From a virus (taxonomy: Duplodnaviria; Caudoviricetes): a stretch of 29,488 bases of DNA. Numbering within the stretch: the stretch's first letter is position 1; each line of letters starts with the position of its first letter. The stretch lies in the IMG/VR virus record IMGVR_UViG_3300032290_000340, positions 1-29,488 of that record; one strand, 5' to 3'. A model generated the notes under the pieces. That model saw only the letters and a list, made by a program, of their open reading frames with translations, searched no databases and had not been told where the DNA came from. The position numbers and the translations under genes were made by a program. This document shows, one piece after another, positions 18,206 through 26,566 of the stretch.

Positions 18206-19033
18206 ATGAGCAACAATAAGGACCACATTTACGGAGTGTTGGGTAGTGGGGATGTCAATCCCAAAATCGTCTTGGATGGATTACTTGACGTAAATGGAGA
18301 GAATATAACATTCCTCATCCATGCACGGCGTAAGCCTCAAGGAGCCGTAACCACGGTCTATGACTTCCTTGCAGACAATGAAGCAAAGTTCATTGCATAC
18401 CACCGCATTGATGACAACGCACCAAAAGCATTGTTGTCATTAGCACAGGGTGTCCAAGTTAATGATGACCCTGCCAAAGCAATCATCACATCTTTGAAGC
18501 GCAGTGGTGGAACCCTCCTTCTCCTGTGGGATGAAGAGACACCTGAAAACTCAGAGCGCTTGGCAATCATGGCGGCTGATGCAGGTGTACCTATGAAGGA
18601 CTTGTCAGATGGTCTTGCACCAATCGTTGTAGATGGTTCAGACGAACCTAAAGTAGAAGAGGTTGAGGAAGACCTCCCTATTGCACCAAAGCCAGTTAAG
18701 GAAGAAAAAAACCTTACAGCCTTTACCCGTGATGAATTGATGAATATGAACATTGGTGTTCTGCGCCGTCAGGCTAAAGCAATTGGTATTGAGAACCTTG
18801 GTCGAATCACTAAACAAGAAATTGTAGATGCCATTTGTTCATTAAGTGATGACAATAGAGAAGTTGACATTGACACAGACATGGCTGGAAAGTTCATTGC
18901 ATCAGCAGATGTGCACAATCCAAGTGATATTGGAAATGGCTTCTTTACATGGCTACAAAACGGAGAAGTACAGTGCCACCCATTGCCACCAATTATGGTT
19001 AAATGGCTTATAGAAGAACTAAAGACTGCTTAG
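18206..19033 (+). CDS. Hypothetical protein with an alpha/beta N-domain and a Rho-N-like helical domain
   Basis: AGGAG RBS; FTRDELMNMNIGVLRRQAKAIGIENLGRITKQEIVDAI matches the Rho N-terminal (HEH) pattern; acidic linker. Confidence 0.6.
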   Translation: MSNNKDHIYGVLGSGDVNPKIVLDGLLDVNGENITFLIHARRKPQGAVTTVYDFLADNEAKFIAYHRIDDNAPKALLSLAQGVQVNDDPAKAIITSLKRSGGTLLLLWDEETPENSERLAIMAADAGVPMKDLSDGLAPIVVDGSDEPKVEEVEEDLPIAPKPVKEEKNLTAFTRDELMNMNIGVLRRQAKAIGIENLGRITKQEIVDAICSLSDDNREVDIDTDMAGKFIASADVHNPSDIGNGFFTWLQNGEVQCHPLPPIMVKWLIEELKTA

Positions 19034-19297
19034 TTATTTCTTTCCCCGATTACGACCACGATTAGTGGTAGGTGATTCTGGAACAATCTTTCCATCTTTA
19101 GTGTGAGACATATCCTTGCCACCTTTGCCATAGACACCACGGTCTCGACGTTCTTGTACAAGTTCAGAACGCTTGGCTTTTTGCTCAGGCTTCTTGTTGA
19201 AATCTTTGTTGTAAGAATCCTTCTTAGCCTTTGCTTCAGGGTTGTCTTCGTAATACTTAGCAGTTTTCTTAGGACTCTTTGCTTTGGACGGAGCCAT
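19034..19297 (-). CDS. Small basic protein with a minimal HNH-like motif
   Basis: GKDMSH...ESPTTNRGRN resembles a shortened HNH core; TAATG coupling favours the ATG at 19297. Confidence 0.55.
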   Translation of the reverse strand: MAPSKAKSPKKTAKYYEDNPEAKAKKDSYNKDFNKKPEQKAKRSELVQERRDRGVYGKGGKDMSHTKDGKIVPESPTTNRGRNRGKK

Positions 19298-19587
19298 TAC
19301 CACTTCACCTTGTCAGCCCAATATGCGGCGCTCATCTTGCCCTTGGCAATGTTCTTACCATGGCGAGCCTTAAAGGAAGCACGCTTGTCTTTCATGCGCT
19401 CAGACTCGCCCTCCTTGGGCTTTCCTGCTGTGTCAGCACCCTGCTCACCGAAACGGATGGTCTTTACTTGGTCGCCAACTTTGGCTACAACAACGTGAGA
19501 CTTTTTTGGATGGTCTGGAGTTGCTTTTGGTTTGTTATAACCAGAAACACCTGCACGCTCTAAACGTGGGTCTTTTTTAGTTGCCAT
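19297..19587 (-). CDS. Small basic conserved viral protein (DUF6321/DUF5754-like, tentative)
   Basis: KTIRFGEQG...RASFKARH...SAAYWADKVKW pattern recalled from uncultured phages; AGGA RBS. Confidence 0.6.
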   Translation of the reverse strand: MATKKDPRLERAGVSGYNKPKATPDHPKKSHVVVAKVGDQVKTIRFGEQGADTAGKPKEGESERMKDKRASFKARHGKNIAKGKMSAAYWADKVKW

Positions 19588-20206
19588 TGGTTCCTACCTT
19601 TGGATAAGGGTGTATTTTATATTTTAGTGCATTACGCAAGACTTTTCTTTGGGTCTTGTTGCCTACAAAGATGACGTAGCGGTGCTTTCTGGAGCGCTCT
19701 ACAAAGTAGACGTTCTCTTCCCCATACTTCTCAATGACCTGCTTATTGGTCAACCCGTGGGCATAGGTGGCATGGTGCTGGTGCTCCAACCCCTTAACTC
19801 GTGGGTCTTTGAACTTGGTAGATAGACCCGTGTAGAGGAAGTTGGTGGCTTGGTAGACATACCCCGTGTGCTCTTGAGCGTTGTCTGCAAAGGACACGAC
19901 AATCTTTGGCTGTGGTAATAGTTTCAAACTGCTACCCACTAGGCGACTCGCTTCATTAGGAAGGTTGTCCCGCAAAACAAGTCGGTTCAGTTCTACAACT
20001 GACTTCTGGTATTCGTCACCACAAACACCACGGCACAGGGTTGATGAAGGGGGCGTACCATAGGTAACAACTCCGACTAATTCACTATCACGAAATAATC
20101 CATATGCATAACTAATCGATGGTATGCGTTTGGCGTAATGGATATTCAGAAGGAACTCGTACGTCTCCTTTGATTCAATTGGTCGTATCTCGTATTGGTG
20201 CTCCAC
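19577..20206 (-). CDS. mom: Mom-family DNA adenine modification protein (GNAT-like fold)
   Basis: HYAKR, YGLF..LVGVVTYG, ELNRL, NEASRLV, VVSFAD..QEHTGYVYQATNFLYTG and terminal KHRY motifs characteristic of Mu Mom homologs. Confidence 0.85.
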   Translation of the reverse strand: MEHQYEIRPIESKETYEFLLNIHYAKRIPSISYAYGLFRDSELVGVVTYGTPPSSTLCRGVCGDEYQKSVVELNRLVLRDNLPNEASRLVGSSLKLLPQPKIVVSFADNAQEHTGYVYQATNFLYTGLSTKFKDPRVKGLEHQHHATYAHGLTNKQVIEKYGEENVYFVERSRKHRYVIFVGNKTQRKVLRNALKYKIHPYPKVGTNGN

Positions 20207-20212
20207 GACACC

Positions 20213-20240
20213 ATCTTAGTCAATGGGCATGCAACCGCAA
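20213..20240 (-). promoter_or_regulatory. Putative leftward leaderless promoter for the mom cassette
   Basis: Minus strand reads TTGCGG-N16-TAAGAT-N6-GTG(20206), with no good SD. Confidence 0.55.
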
Positions 20241-20312
20241 CAGCATTCGTCGCTATTTCTTTTACGAAAGAAAAACAACAATAATTTAACCATCTACACA
20301 ATTTACACCCAT

Positions 20313-20356
20313 AAACAACTAAAGACTGGGGCACAAATAAGCACCCCAGTCCTTAG
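20313..20356 (-). terminator. Intrinsic terminator on the minus strand
   Basis: Minus strand: CTAAGGACTGGGG-TGCTTATTTGTG-CCCCAGTCTTTAG followed by TTGTTT. The 13-bp stem is fully paired only on the minus strand (G-U wobble). Confidence 0.7.
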
Positions 20357-20425
20357 CCTGAGCAACCAACCAAAGGGACCAACCATTGGAGGTAACGAAT
20401 GTCTGTAGGAGGCGACAATACGTTG
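20313..20425 (-). ncRNA. Candidate ~110-nt small RNA
   Basis: Bracketed by a predicted promoter (20432-20461) and terminator (20313-20356); contains no SD-led ORF; carries two CCTCC motifs. Confidence 0.4.
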
Positions 20426-20431
20426 TTGGAG

Positions 20432-20461
20432 AGTGTATCATCGTTACCCCAGCCGTCGCAA
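20432..20461 (-). promoter_or_regulatory. Leftward promoter overlapping a rightward -10 box
   Basis: Minus strand TTGCGA-N18-TACACT with a TGn extension; plus strand TATCAT at 20436-20441 upstream of the initiator gene. Confidence 0.55.
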
Positions 20462-20476
20462 ACCTCGGAGCAACAT

Positions 20477-20986
20477 ATGAGTAACCAACAGCCAAAACCA
20501 AATAAGTTTGGTGGAGCATTCTTAGCATTTCCACGATGGGTTCTTCCATACTTGCAAGGGGATTCGACGGCAAAGGCTGTTCTTCTTGAGTTGCTGGTTT
20601 ACATGAAGCCCGACACCCAAACCACCACGACGTCTTACCAGTACATCGCAGAACAGGTTGGTGTTGACAGGCGTACAGTCATCAGGGCTGTTAAGCGCCT
20701 TGAATCGGCAGGGGTGGTTATCAGACACCATCGAGGGACAAAAGGTCACAACATGTCCAATGCTTTCATCATTAACTTCAACAACCCTGAGGTCCTACAG
20801 GTAGTGACACAGGTGACACTAGGTGGTGACATGGGTGACACTACTAGTGGTGACACTGGTGACACTACCCCTAGTGACACGGGTGACACCCAAGTAAGAG
20901 TTAATAACAAGAGTAATAATAAGAGTACCCATATCAAGAAGAAAAAATCTGGGTACGAGGACTTGGAAGTAGGAACCATCCAGTGA
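20477..20986 (+). CDS. Winged-HTH replication initiator (lambda O / replisome organizer-like N-domain)
   Basis: GGAG RBS before ATG 20477; SYQYIAEQVGVDRRTVIRAVKRLESAGVV HTH plus wing; carries iterons; upstream of a DnaC-like gene. Confidence 0.8.
   Translation: MSNQQPKPNKFGGAFLAFPRWVLPYLQGDSTAKAVLLELLVYMKPDTQTTTTSYQYIAEQVGVDRRTVIRAVKRLESAGVVIRHHRGTKGHNMSNAFIINFNNPEVLQVVTQVTLGGDMGDTTSGDTGDTTPSDTGDTQVRVNNKSNNKSTHIKKKKSGYEDLEVGTIQ
20802..20889 (+). repeat. Iteron array, putative replication origin
   Basis: GTGACA(C/T) at 20804, 20813, 20826, 20835, 20850, 20859, 20874, 20883: four pairs with 9-bp internal spacing and 22/24/24-bp period. Confidence 0.85.
20896..20948 (+). repeat. AT-rich unwinding element with three AAGAGT-led 12/13-mers
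   Basis: AAGAGTTAATAAC, AAGAGTAATAAT and AAGAGTACC at 20896, 20909 and 20921, directly after the iterons. Confidence 0.7.
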
Positions 20987-21384
20987 GAAAGCAACCAGCC
21001 GATGATTGGGGAGTACCGATTGGTGCAGACCCCGATGGACCACCCCCAGTTGCTAAGAAAAAAACCTCCCGTCAGGATAACCTGACAAGCCTCATTTATT
21101 ATTTCAACGATATGCTTCCACGAGACGTGTGGGGTAAATTAAATTCACCCGTTAACCCACGTGCGATGATGGTTGGGTTGAAAAAATTAAAAGAGGCTGG
21201 TCACAGTGTTCCCGACATCCGTGCGATGATGGATTCATTCCTGCTAGAGATTTCTCGCAAACCACTTCCAAATGGGGTTGCACCATGGAGAGGGTTTCTT
21301 GCTAACCTAGACCGCCTCAGCAACCAAGTGCCCTCAACCGAGACCAGCACGTATGATGATATTGAAGTCGATAGGAGGCTCTGA
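20983..21384 (+). CDS. Hypothetical replication protein (possible detached initiator C-domain)
   Basis: GTGA overlap upstream and TGATG overlap downstream; predicted helical; lies between initiator and loader. Confidence 0.65.
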   Translation: MRKQPADDWGVPIGADPDGPPPVAKKKTSRQDNLTSLIYYFNDMLPRDVWGKLNSPVNPRAMMVGLKKLKEAGHSVPDIRAMMDSFLLEISRKPLPNGVAPWRGFLANLDRLSNQVPSTETSTYDDIEVDRRL

Positions 21385-22040
21385 TGACCGAACTTCGTAG
21401 CCAGCGCTATTGGAGAAACCGTGAGTCTGAAGAGCGTGTGCGCAACACACAGATTCCAAAGAGGTTTCGCCAAGACACTCTTGATTCTTTTAAGGTGTTG
21501 AAGAACGACGCCGACACTTTTTCGTTAATCAACAAATGGGTTGATACCGCAGAAAAGCAAGTAGAAGACGGACAAGGTTTGTACATCGTCGGTGCTAATG
21601 GTTCAGGGAAGACGCACCTTGCTCAGGCTGTACTCAAGCGAGTGGTTTACAAGTATCCACTGTGTGGGGCGTTCATTACAGCAGACAAGTACATCCAACT
21701 TGCTTACAACGAAATCAAGTTCGGTGATGAACTGCCCGAGGGTTACGAAGACCCCAACACAATGAAGTACATGCGTGAAGTGTTTGACATCTTGGTGATT
21801 GATTCACTTGGTGCAGAGCGTCCTACAGATTTTACACGCCGTGCAATCTCATCTCTTATTGAGAGTAGGTACCACGAAAAGTTGACAACCATTGTGACAA
21901 GCACACTTAAACCACAACAGTTGGATTCAATGTACGGCAAGGGTGTGTCATCGATTCTTACGTCGTGTTGCTACTTAGCCCCCCTACGCAATGAGGATTA
22001 TCGCATCTCGCAGTGGATGGAGAATAATGCAGGGGAATGA
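21384..22040 (+). CDS. DnaC/IstB-like AAA+ helicase loader
   Basis: IPKRF; Walker A GANGSGKT; Walker B-like LVIDSLGAE; RYHEKLTTIVTS; EDYR. Confidence 0.9.
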   Translation: MTELRSQRYWRNRESEERVRNTQIPKRFRQDTLDSFKVLKNDADTFSLINKWVDTAEKQVEDGQGLYIVGANGSGKTHLAQAVLKRVVYKYPLCGAFITADKYIQLAYNEIKFGDELPEGYEDPNTMKYMREVFDILVIDSLGAERPTDFTRRAISSLIESRYHEKLTTIVTSTLKPQQLDSMYGKGVSSILTSCCYLAPLRNEDYRISQWMENNAGE

Positions 22041-22467
22041 CATCAGCGCATACTCCTCGTTAGCGCAAGCGGTTGTCTTTGAAGGTCTTCTAGCATCTCC
22101 ACCTGAAGGTCCAAAATCAGTTCTTGAAAATATTCAACGTAAACGTGGTAATTGGGAAGGCGTGTTGCGTATGTGGACGCCACATGAGATGCCACTAAAG
22201 GCTCTTTCCGATTCTGTAAATCGGTTGGGTCTAGGAACAGACGTGTACACATTTCTCCATGAAGATGCGGCTCCGGTCATTGACAACTGGTTAGTTCGTA
22301 AGGGAATATCTACACCCGTTTATTTTTATCCCAGCGTTGAACTTCTTGAGTACGACCTGAGATTCCAGCGAGCAATCAGGACCATCTATGTCACAAATGA
22401 AGAACACGCAAAGGTACTTGGAATACGTTCCACAGTCCTACAAACGAATACTGCGTGGACTCCATAA
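22027..22467 (+). CDS. Hypothetical protein
   Basis: GGAG before ATG 22027 (MQGNDIS...); overlaps both neighbours. Confidence 0.65.
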   Translation: MQGNDISAYSSLAQAVVFEGLLASPPEGPKSVLENIQRKRGNWEGVLRMWTPHEMPLKALSDSVNRLGLGTDVYTFLHEDAAPVIDNWLVRKGISTPVYFYPSVELLEYDLRFQRAIRTIYVTNEEHAKVLGIRSTVLQTNTAWTP

Positions 22468-23720
22468 TGGCTAGTAGTGAACACCTATTAATTTCCAAAA
22501 TTATCCAGACTGCCAGCGTTGCTGAAGTAGTAGATGCTGGTGTACGTCCCGACCACCTTTCCAATGAGTGGTCAGAGATGCTTATATGGATTCTTGGTTA
22601 CTGGCGTGAGTACAGCGCCGTTCCTACAACACGTGTTCTTAAACAACAGTTTGGTGACATCCAATTAGTCAATGCAGAGGCAGAACCTTTTGCCCGTTTG
22701 ATTGATGAAATCTATTCTTCGTACAAACACAAACAACTCAGTATTTCAGTTGCTAATGCTTCACCAATGCTGTCGAACAACCAGACAGATGTTGCTATTC
22801 AAATCTTGTCGGAAGGTTTGCAGAAAGCACAACTTGAGGTTGCTCATCTTCGTGACGTCAACTTAATTGATACTTGGGAAAAGCGTATTGAGCGTTACAA
22901 GATTATGCGTGAGACTCCCAATGGTCTCCGTGGAATACCAACAGGGTTTAATGGTCTTGACAGAATCACCGCAGGGTTTCGCCCACAACAGTTGATTACC
23001 TTTGTTGGTGAAGCAAAGAAGGGTAAGTCATTGATGACACTCATCATGGCTCAAGCGGCACACAGCCACGGCATAGTCCCTCTGTACATCTCATTTGAAA
23101 TGAGTATTGAAGAACAAGAAGCACGTTATGACGCCCTTGTTGCTGGCGTGTCACATACACGAATTATGCGTGGGGACTTAAACATGGGGGAGATTCAAAA
23201 GATTGAAGACTCCATTAAGATTCGCAGAAACATGCAAGAGTTCATCATGACGGAGGATGCGTCTTCATTGACCACAGTCAGTGCTATTGCAGGAAAGTTA
23301 CAGCAGTATCGCCCGGGGTTGGTCATCGTTGACGGCGTCTATTTGATGGATGACGAGCACGGTGAGCCTAAGGGAAGCCCACAGGCTCTTACGAACATCA
23401 CACGAGGTCTGAAGCGCCTTGCACAGCGTTTTGATGTCCCTATCATTGGTACTACTCAGGTACTAGCGTGGAAGTTGGGCAACAAGAAATCCCGTGCCAT
23501 TACGTCAGATGCAATTGGTTATTCATCATCATTTGTACAGGACTCCGACTTGGTTCTTGGTGTTGAGTCAGACCCTGACATTGACAACCAGTCAATCATC
23601 AGGGTTATCTTGGCACGTGCGGCTCCTAAAGGCGAAGTGCGTATCAAATGGGATTGGGAAAATATGGACTTTACGGAAGTAGGAGAGGAGAATGAGCGTG
23701 GCGATGACTGGTACTACTGA
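22467..23720 (+). CDS. DnaB-like replicative helicase
   Basis: GIPTGFNGLDRITAG; Walker A GEAKKGKS; ISFEMS; LVIVDGVYLM; QDSDLVL; TAATG-coupled start. Confidence 0.93.
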   Translation: MASSEHLLISKIIQTASVAEVVDAGVRPDHLSNEWSEMLIWILGYWREYSAVPTTRVLKQQFGDIQLVNAEAEPFARLIDEIYSSYKHKQLSISVANASPMLSNNQTDVAIQILSEGLQKAQLEVAHLRDVNLIDTWEKRIERYKIMRETPNGLRGIPTGFNGLDRITAGFRPQQLITFVGEAKKGKSLMTLIMAQAAHSHGIVPLYISFEMSIEEQEARYDALVAGVSHTRIMRGDLNMGEIQKIEDSIKIRRNMQEFIMTEDASSLTTVSAIAGKLQQYRPGLVIVDGVYLMDDEHGEPKGSPQALTNITRGLKRLAQRFDVPIIGTTQVLAWKLGNKKSRAITSDAIGYSSSFVQDSDLVLGVESDPDIDNQSIIRVILARAAPKGEVRIKWDWENMDFTEVGEENERGDDWYY

Positions 23721-24600
23721 CATCACTGACCTTCTCGTCAACATCGGTATAGAGGTCGTTAAAGCGGGTCAAGAGATTAAGGCTCGCTGTCCAGTGCATG
23801 TAAAGCGCACGGGCAAGGAAGACAACAATCCTTCGTTCTATATCAATGCCGAAAGTGGATTGTGGTTGTGCTACTCCTGTGGAGCACGTGGAAACCTTGG
23901 GCACTTGATTGCAGAGATGACAGGAGCAGACGCAGAGTCTCCAGAAGTATTAATGATGCTTATGGAACATAATGTCAATCAATTGACAATGCCGAAGTGG
24001 GAAAAGATTCCTGACATTGATAACAACATGTACTTTCACTACACCGACGTTCCGTCGAAGTACCTGAAGAGCAGAGACATTACACAAGAAGCGGCACGTA
24101 GCCATGGCATCAGGTGGAACCCTGATAAACACTCATGGATTATCCCAGTCATCGACCCTGAGGGTGGTCTACTTGGGTGGCAAGAAAAGTCAAAAGATTT
24201 TGTGCGTAACCATCCCAAGGGAATAAAGATGCGACACACTTTGTTTGGTATTGAGAAGTTCAAGTCCTCGACAGCCATCTTGGTTGAGTCCCCCTTAGAC
24301 GTAGTTAGGTTTGCATCGTCTTTTGATGGAGCACAGTGCCTTGCTTCATTTGGTGCCACCATCACATCAGAGCAGATACGTCTTTTATTTGACGTTGCAG
24401 ACAAGGTCATCATTGCTTTAGATAATGACAAGGCAGGTATTGGCAGTGCCAAGCAGATATTTAAATCAATGCCTTTGGCACGTAACGGTACCTACTGGTT
24501 GCAATACAAGCACACTGACGCTAAAGACATTGGTGAGATGACAGACAGCGATATAGAACTTGCAGTAACTAACGCATCAGTTATTCCGTGGTGGCTCTAA
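23692..24600 (+). CDS. DnaG-like primase (CHC2 Zn finger + TOPRIM)
   Basis: CPVH...CYSC; LVESPLD; IALDNDKAG; KDIGE. Exact start uncertain (23692/23698/23704). Confidence 0.92.
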   Translation: MSVAMTGTTDITDLLVNIGIEVVKAGQEIKARCPVHVKRTGKEDNNPSFYINAESGLWLCYSCGARGNLGHLIAEMTGADAESPEVLMMLMEHNVNQLTMPKWEKIPDIDNNMYFHYTDVPSKYLKSRDITQEAARSHGIRWNPDKHSWIIPVIDPEGGLLGWQEKSKDFVRNHPKGIKMRHTLFGIEKFKSSTAILVESPLDVVRFASSFDGAQCLASFGATITSEQIRLLFDVADKVIIALDNDKAGIGSAKQIFKSMPLARNGTYWLQYKHTDAKDIGEMTDSDIELAVTNASVIPWWL

Positions 24601-26145
24601 ATGTTTAAAGGAACCTTGTACCCATTTCAAGAAGAGTCAAAAGACCGCATGGTTGACCGTGGGCAGATGTTGCTTGCCATGGTCATGGGTGCTGGAAAAA
24701 CACCAACAACATTAGCCGCAGTTGAAGAGTTGATTGGCAACAAAGAAGTAAACAAGGTATTGGTTGTAGTGCCTTCATCATTGAAGTACCAGTGGCTTCG
24801 TGAAATAAAGAAGTTCACTGACTCGACTGCTGTGGTTATTGATGGCACACCAAAGCAACGGGAGGTCTTATGGAGAACCGCAGTTCGTTGTAATTACATT
24901 ATTGTGAACCCAGAGGTCTTGTTGAACGACGAGAAGTACGTCACTGCACTTAATGCCAATGCCATTGTTATTGATGAAGCAACAATCATTAAGTCTCCTA
25001 GTGCAAAGCGTTCCAAGATGCTCAAGAAATTAGGAAAGAAGTTTCCATACCGTTTTGCATTGACAGGTCAGCCCATCGAGAACAAACCAGAAGAATTGTT
25101 TTCTATTATGGAATTTGTCGACCCAACTGTTTTGGGCAGGTTTGACGTCTTTGACCGAACCTTCATTGTCCGTAACCACTTCGGTGCTCCAGTGCGTTAT
25201 AGGAACTTGCAATCATTAAACAACTCTTTAACGGACGCTATGGTGCGAAAGACACGTGCAGACATTGCTGACCAACTGCCTCAAGTCATTAATCAAGTAG
25301 TTCCCGTTGCGTTTGACAATGCAGGAGCATCGGCGTATGAGAAGATTTCCGCAGACCTTATTAACGAAATTCAGAAAGCGATTACTAGTCATGGAAAAGG
25401 ATTTGACCTTTGGACGCACTATAACGGGGGTGGTGGCAACGATGCGCAAGGGCAAATCATGGCTCGTCTTACTATCCTTCGCATGTTGTGTGATAATCCT
25501 CAACTGGTTATGGACAGCGCAAAGGCTTATGACGACCCCACGCAAAGTACAGAGGGCAGTCAATACGCTTCAAACGTCGTCAAAGCAGGGTGGGTCCCCT
25601 CGTCCGCTAAGGCACCCAAATTAGATGCTGTTCTTTCTTACATTACGGATGTACTTAATGAAGACCCAAATAACAAAGTGGTTCTATTCTCGTTCTTTAA
25701 GAAGAACCTACGGCTTATCAAAGAAGCAACTCAAGGACTTACAAACAGCGTACTCTTCATGGGTGGTATGGGAGCGGATGAAAGAGACCGTGCTAAGACC
25801 CAGTTCCAAACCGACCCTAATGTTCGGCTCTTTCTATCCTCAGATGCGGGAGGTTATGGGGTGGACTTACCACAAGCCAATTACCTTATCTCTTATGACC
25901 TCCCTTGGTCGGCTGGAAAATTGGACCAGCGAGACGCACGAATCATCCGACTATCTTCGACACACCCCCATGTCACAATTACATCCTTCGTAATGAAGGG
26001 TTCTATTGAAGAACGGCAATACGAAATGCTCATGCAAAAACGTGGCATTAACGAAGCATTCCTTGACAAGGGGTATGACGAACAAGGTAAGTTTGAACTA
26101 AACCTTGGTACCCTATCCGACTTCCTAAAAAATACAGAGGTATAA
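24601..26145 (+). CDS. SNF2-like superfamily 2 helicase
   Basis: LYPFQ; MGAGKT; IDEAT; ALTGQP; GGYGVDL; QRDARIIR. Confidence 0.92.
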   Translation: MFKGTLYPFQEESKDRMVDRGQMLLAMVMGAGKTPTTLAAVEELIGNKEVNKVLVVVPSSLKYQWLREIKKFTDSTAVVIDGTPKQREVLWRTAVRCNYIIVNPEVLLNDEKYVTALNANAIVIDEATIIKSPSAKRSKMLKKLGKKFPYRFALTGQPIENKPEELFSIMEFVDPTVLGRFDVFDRTFIVRNHFGAPVRYRNLQSLNNSLTDAMVRKTRADIADQLPQVINQVVPVAFDNAGASAYEKISADLINEIQKAITSHGKGFDLWTHYNGGGGNDAQGQIMARLTILRMLCDNPQLVMDSAKAYDDPTQSTEGSQYASNVVKAGWVPSSAKAPKLDAVLSYITDVLNEDPNNKVVLFSFFKKNLRLIKEATQGLTNSVLFMGGMGADERDRAKTQFQTDPNVRLFLSSDAGGYGVDLPQANYLISYDLPWSAGKLDQRDARIIRLSSTHPHVTITSFVMKGSIEERQYEMLMQKRGINEAFLDKGYDEQGKFELNLGTLSDFLKNTEV

Positions 26146-26146
26146 A

Positions 26147-26566
26147 ATGACACGTGTAGTAAAACGACAATCAGAAACTGAATTGAATGTTGAATATGTT
26201 CAACGCCTTGCTGAAGAATACAAGAAAGCAAAAGAAGTTCTTGAAGACATTGAAAAGCGCACTAACAGCCTGAAGAAAGAATTAAACGACATTGTCATTG
26301 AGCATGGTGTTGTCGATGATAAGGGTCATCTGTGGGTACAGATTGGTGACACCAAGTTAAAGCGTGAGCGCCGTGTATCCCGTTCCTTTGACACCCAAGG
26401 AGCAGAGGACTGGGCAAAGAGCACAGGTAATTGGGATGCCATTAAGGAAACTGTTGAGGTGGTTTCTGAGGACAAGGTACTTGGTCTGGCATGGAGTGAT
26501 GAGTCCATTAATCAAATTGTTCAAGGTTTCTATATTGAAAAAGAAACGTGGGCGTTTAAAGCATGA
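26147..26566 (+). CDS. Hypothetical protein with N-terminal coiled coil
   Basis: GAGGT RBS; heptad-like N-half followed by a short beta region. Confidence 0.7.
   Translation: MTRVVKRQSETELNVEYVQRLAEEYKKAKEVLEDIEKRTNSLKKELNDIVIEHGVVDDKGHLWVQIGDTKLKRERRVSRSFDTQGAEDWAKSTGNWDAIKETVEVVSEDKVLGLAWSDESINQIVQGFYIEKETWAFKA

Noticed and set aside
20303-20386. 27-codon hydrophobic ORF on the minus strand (MVGPFGWLL...), possible type I toxin
   Set aside because: Preceded by CCTCC rather than an SD, and it runs through the predicted terminator.
20399-20476. Longer N-terminus for the initiator (ATG 20399)
   Set aside because: It has a GGAGG upstream, so it is not fully excluded. However, the extension is low-complexity and spans the predicted promoters, and ATG 20477 has its own well-spaced GGAG.
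20802-20889. CRISPR array or protein-level repeat
   Set aside because: Units are 7-9 bp with no unique spacers and do not keep codon phase; better explained as iterons.
21160-21232. 13-bp direct repeat CGTGCGATGATGG, 60 bp apart (RAMM twice)
   Set aside because: Only two in-frame copies; plausibly a small internal duplication or chance.
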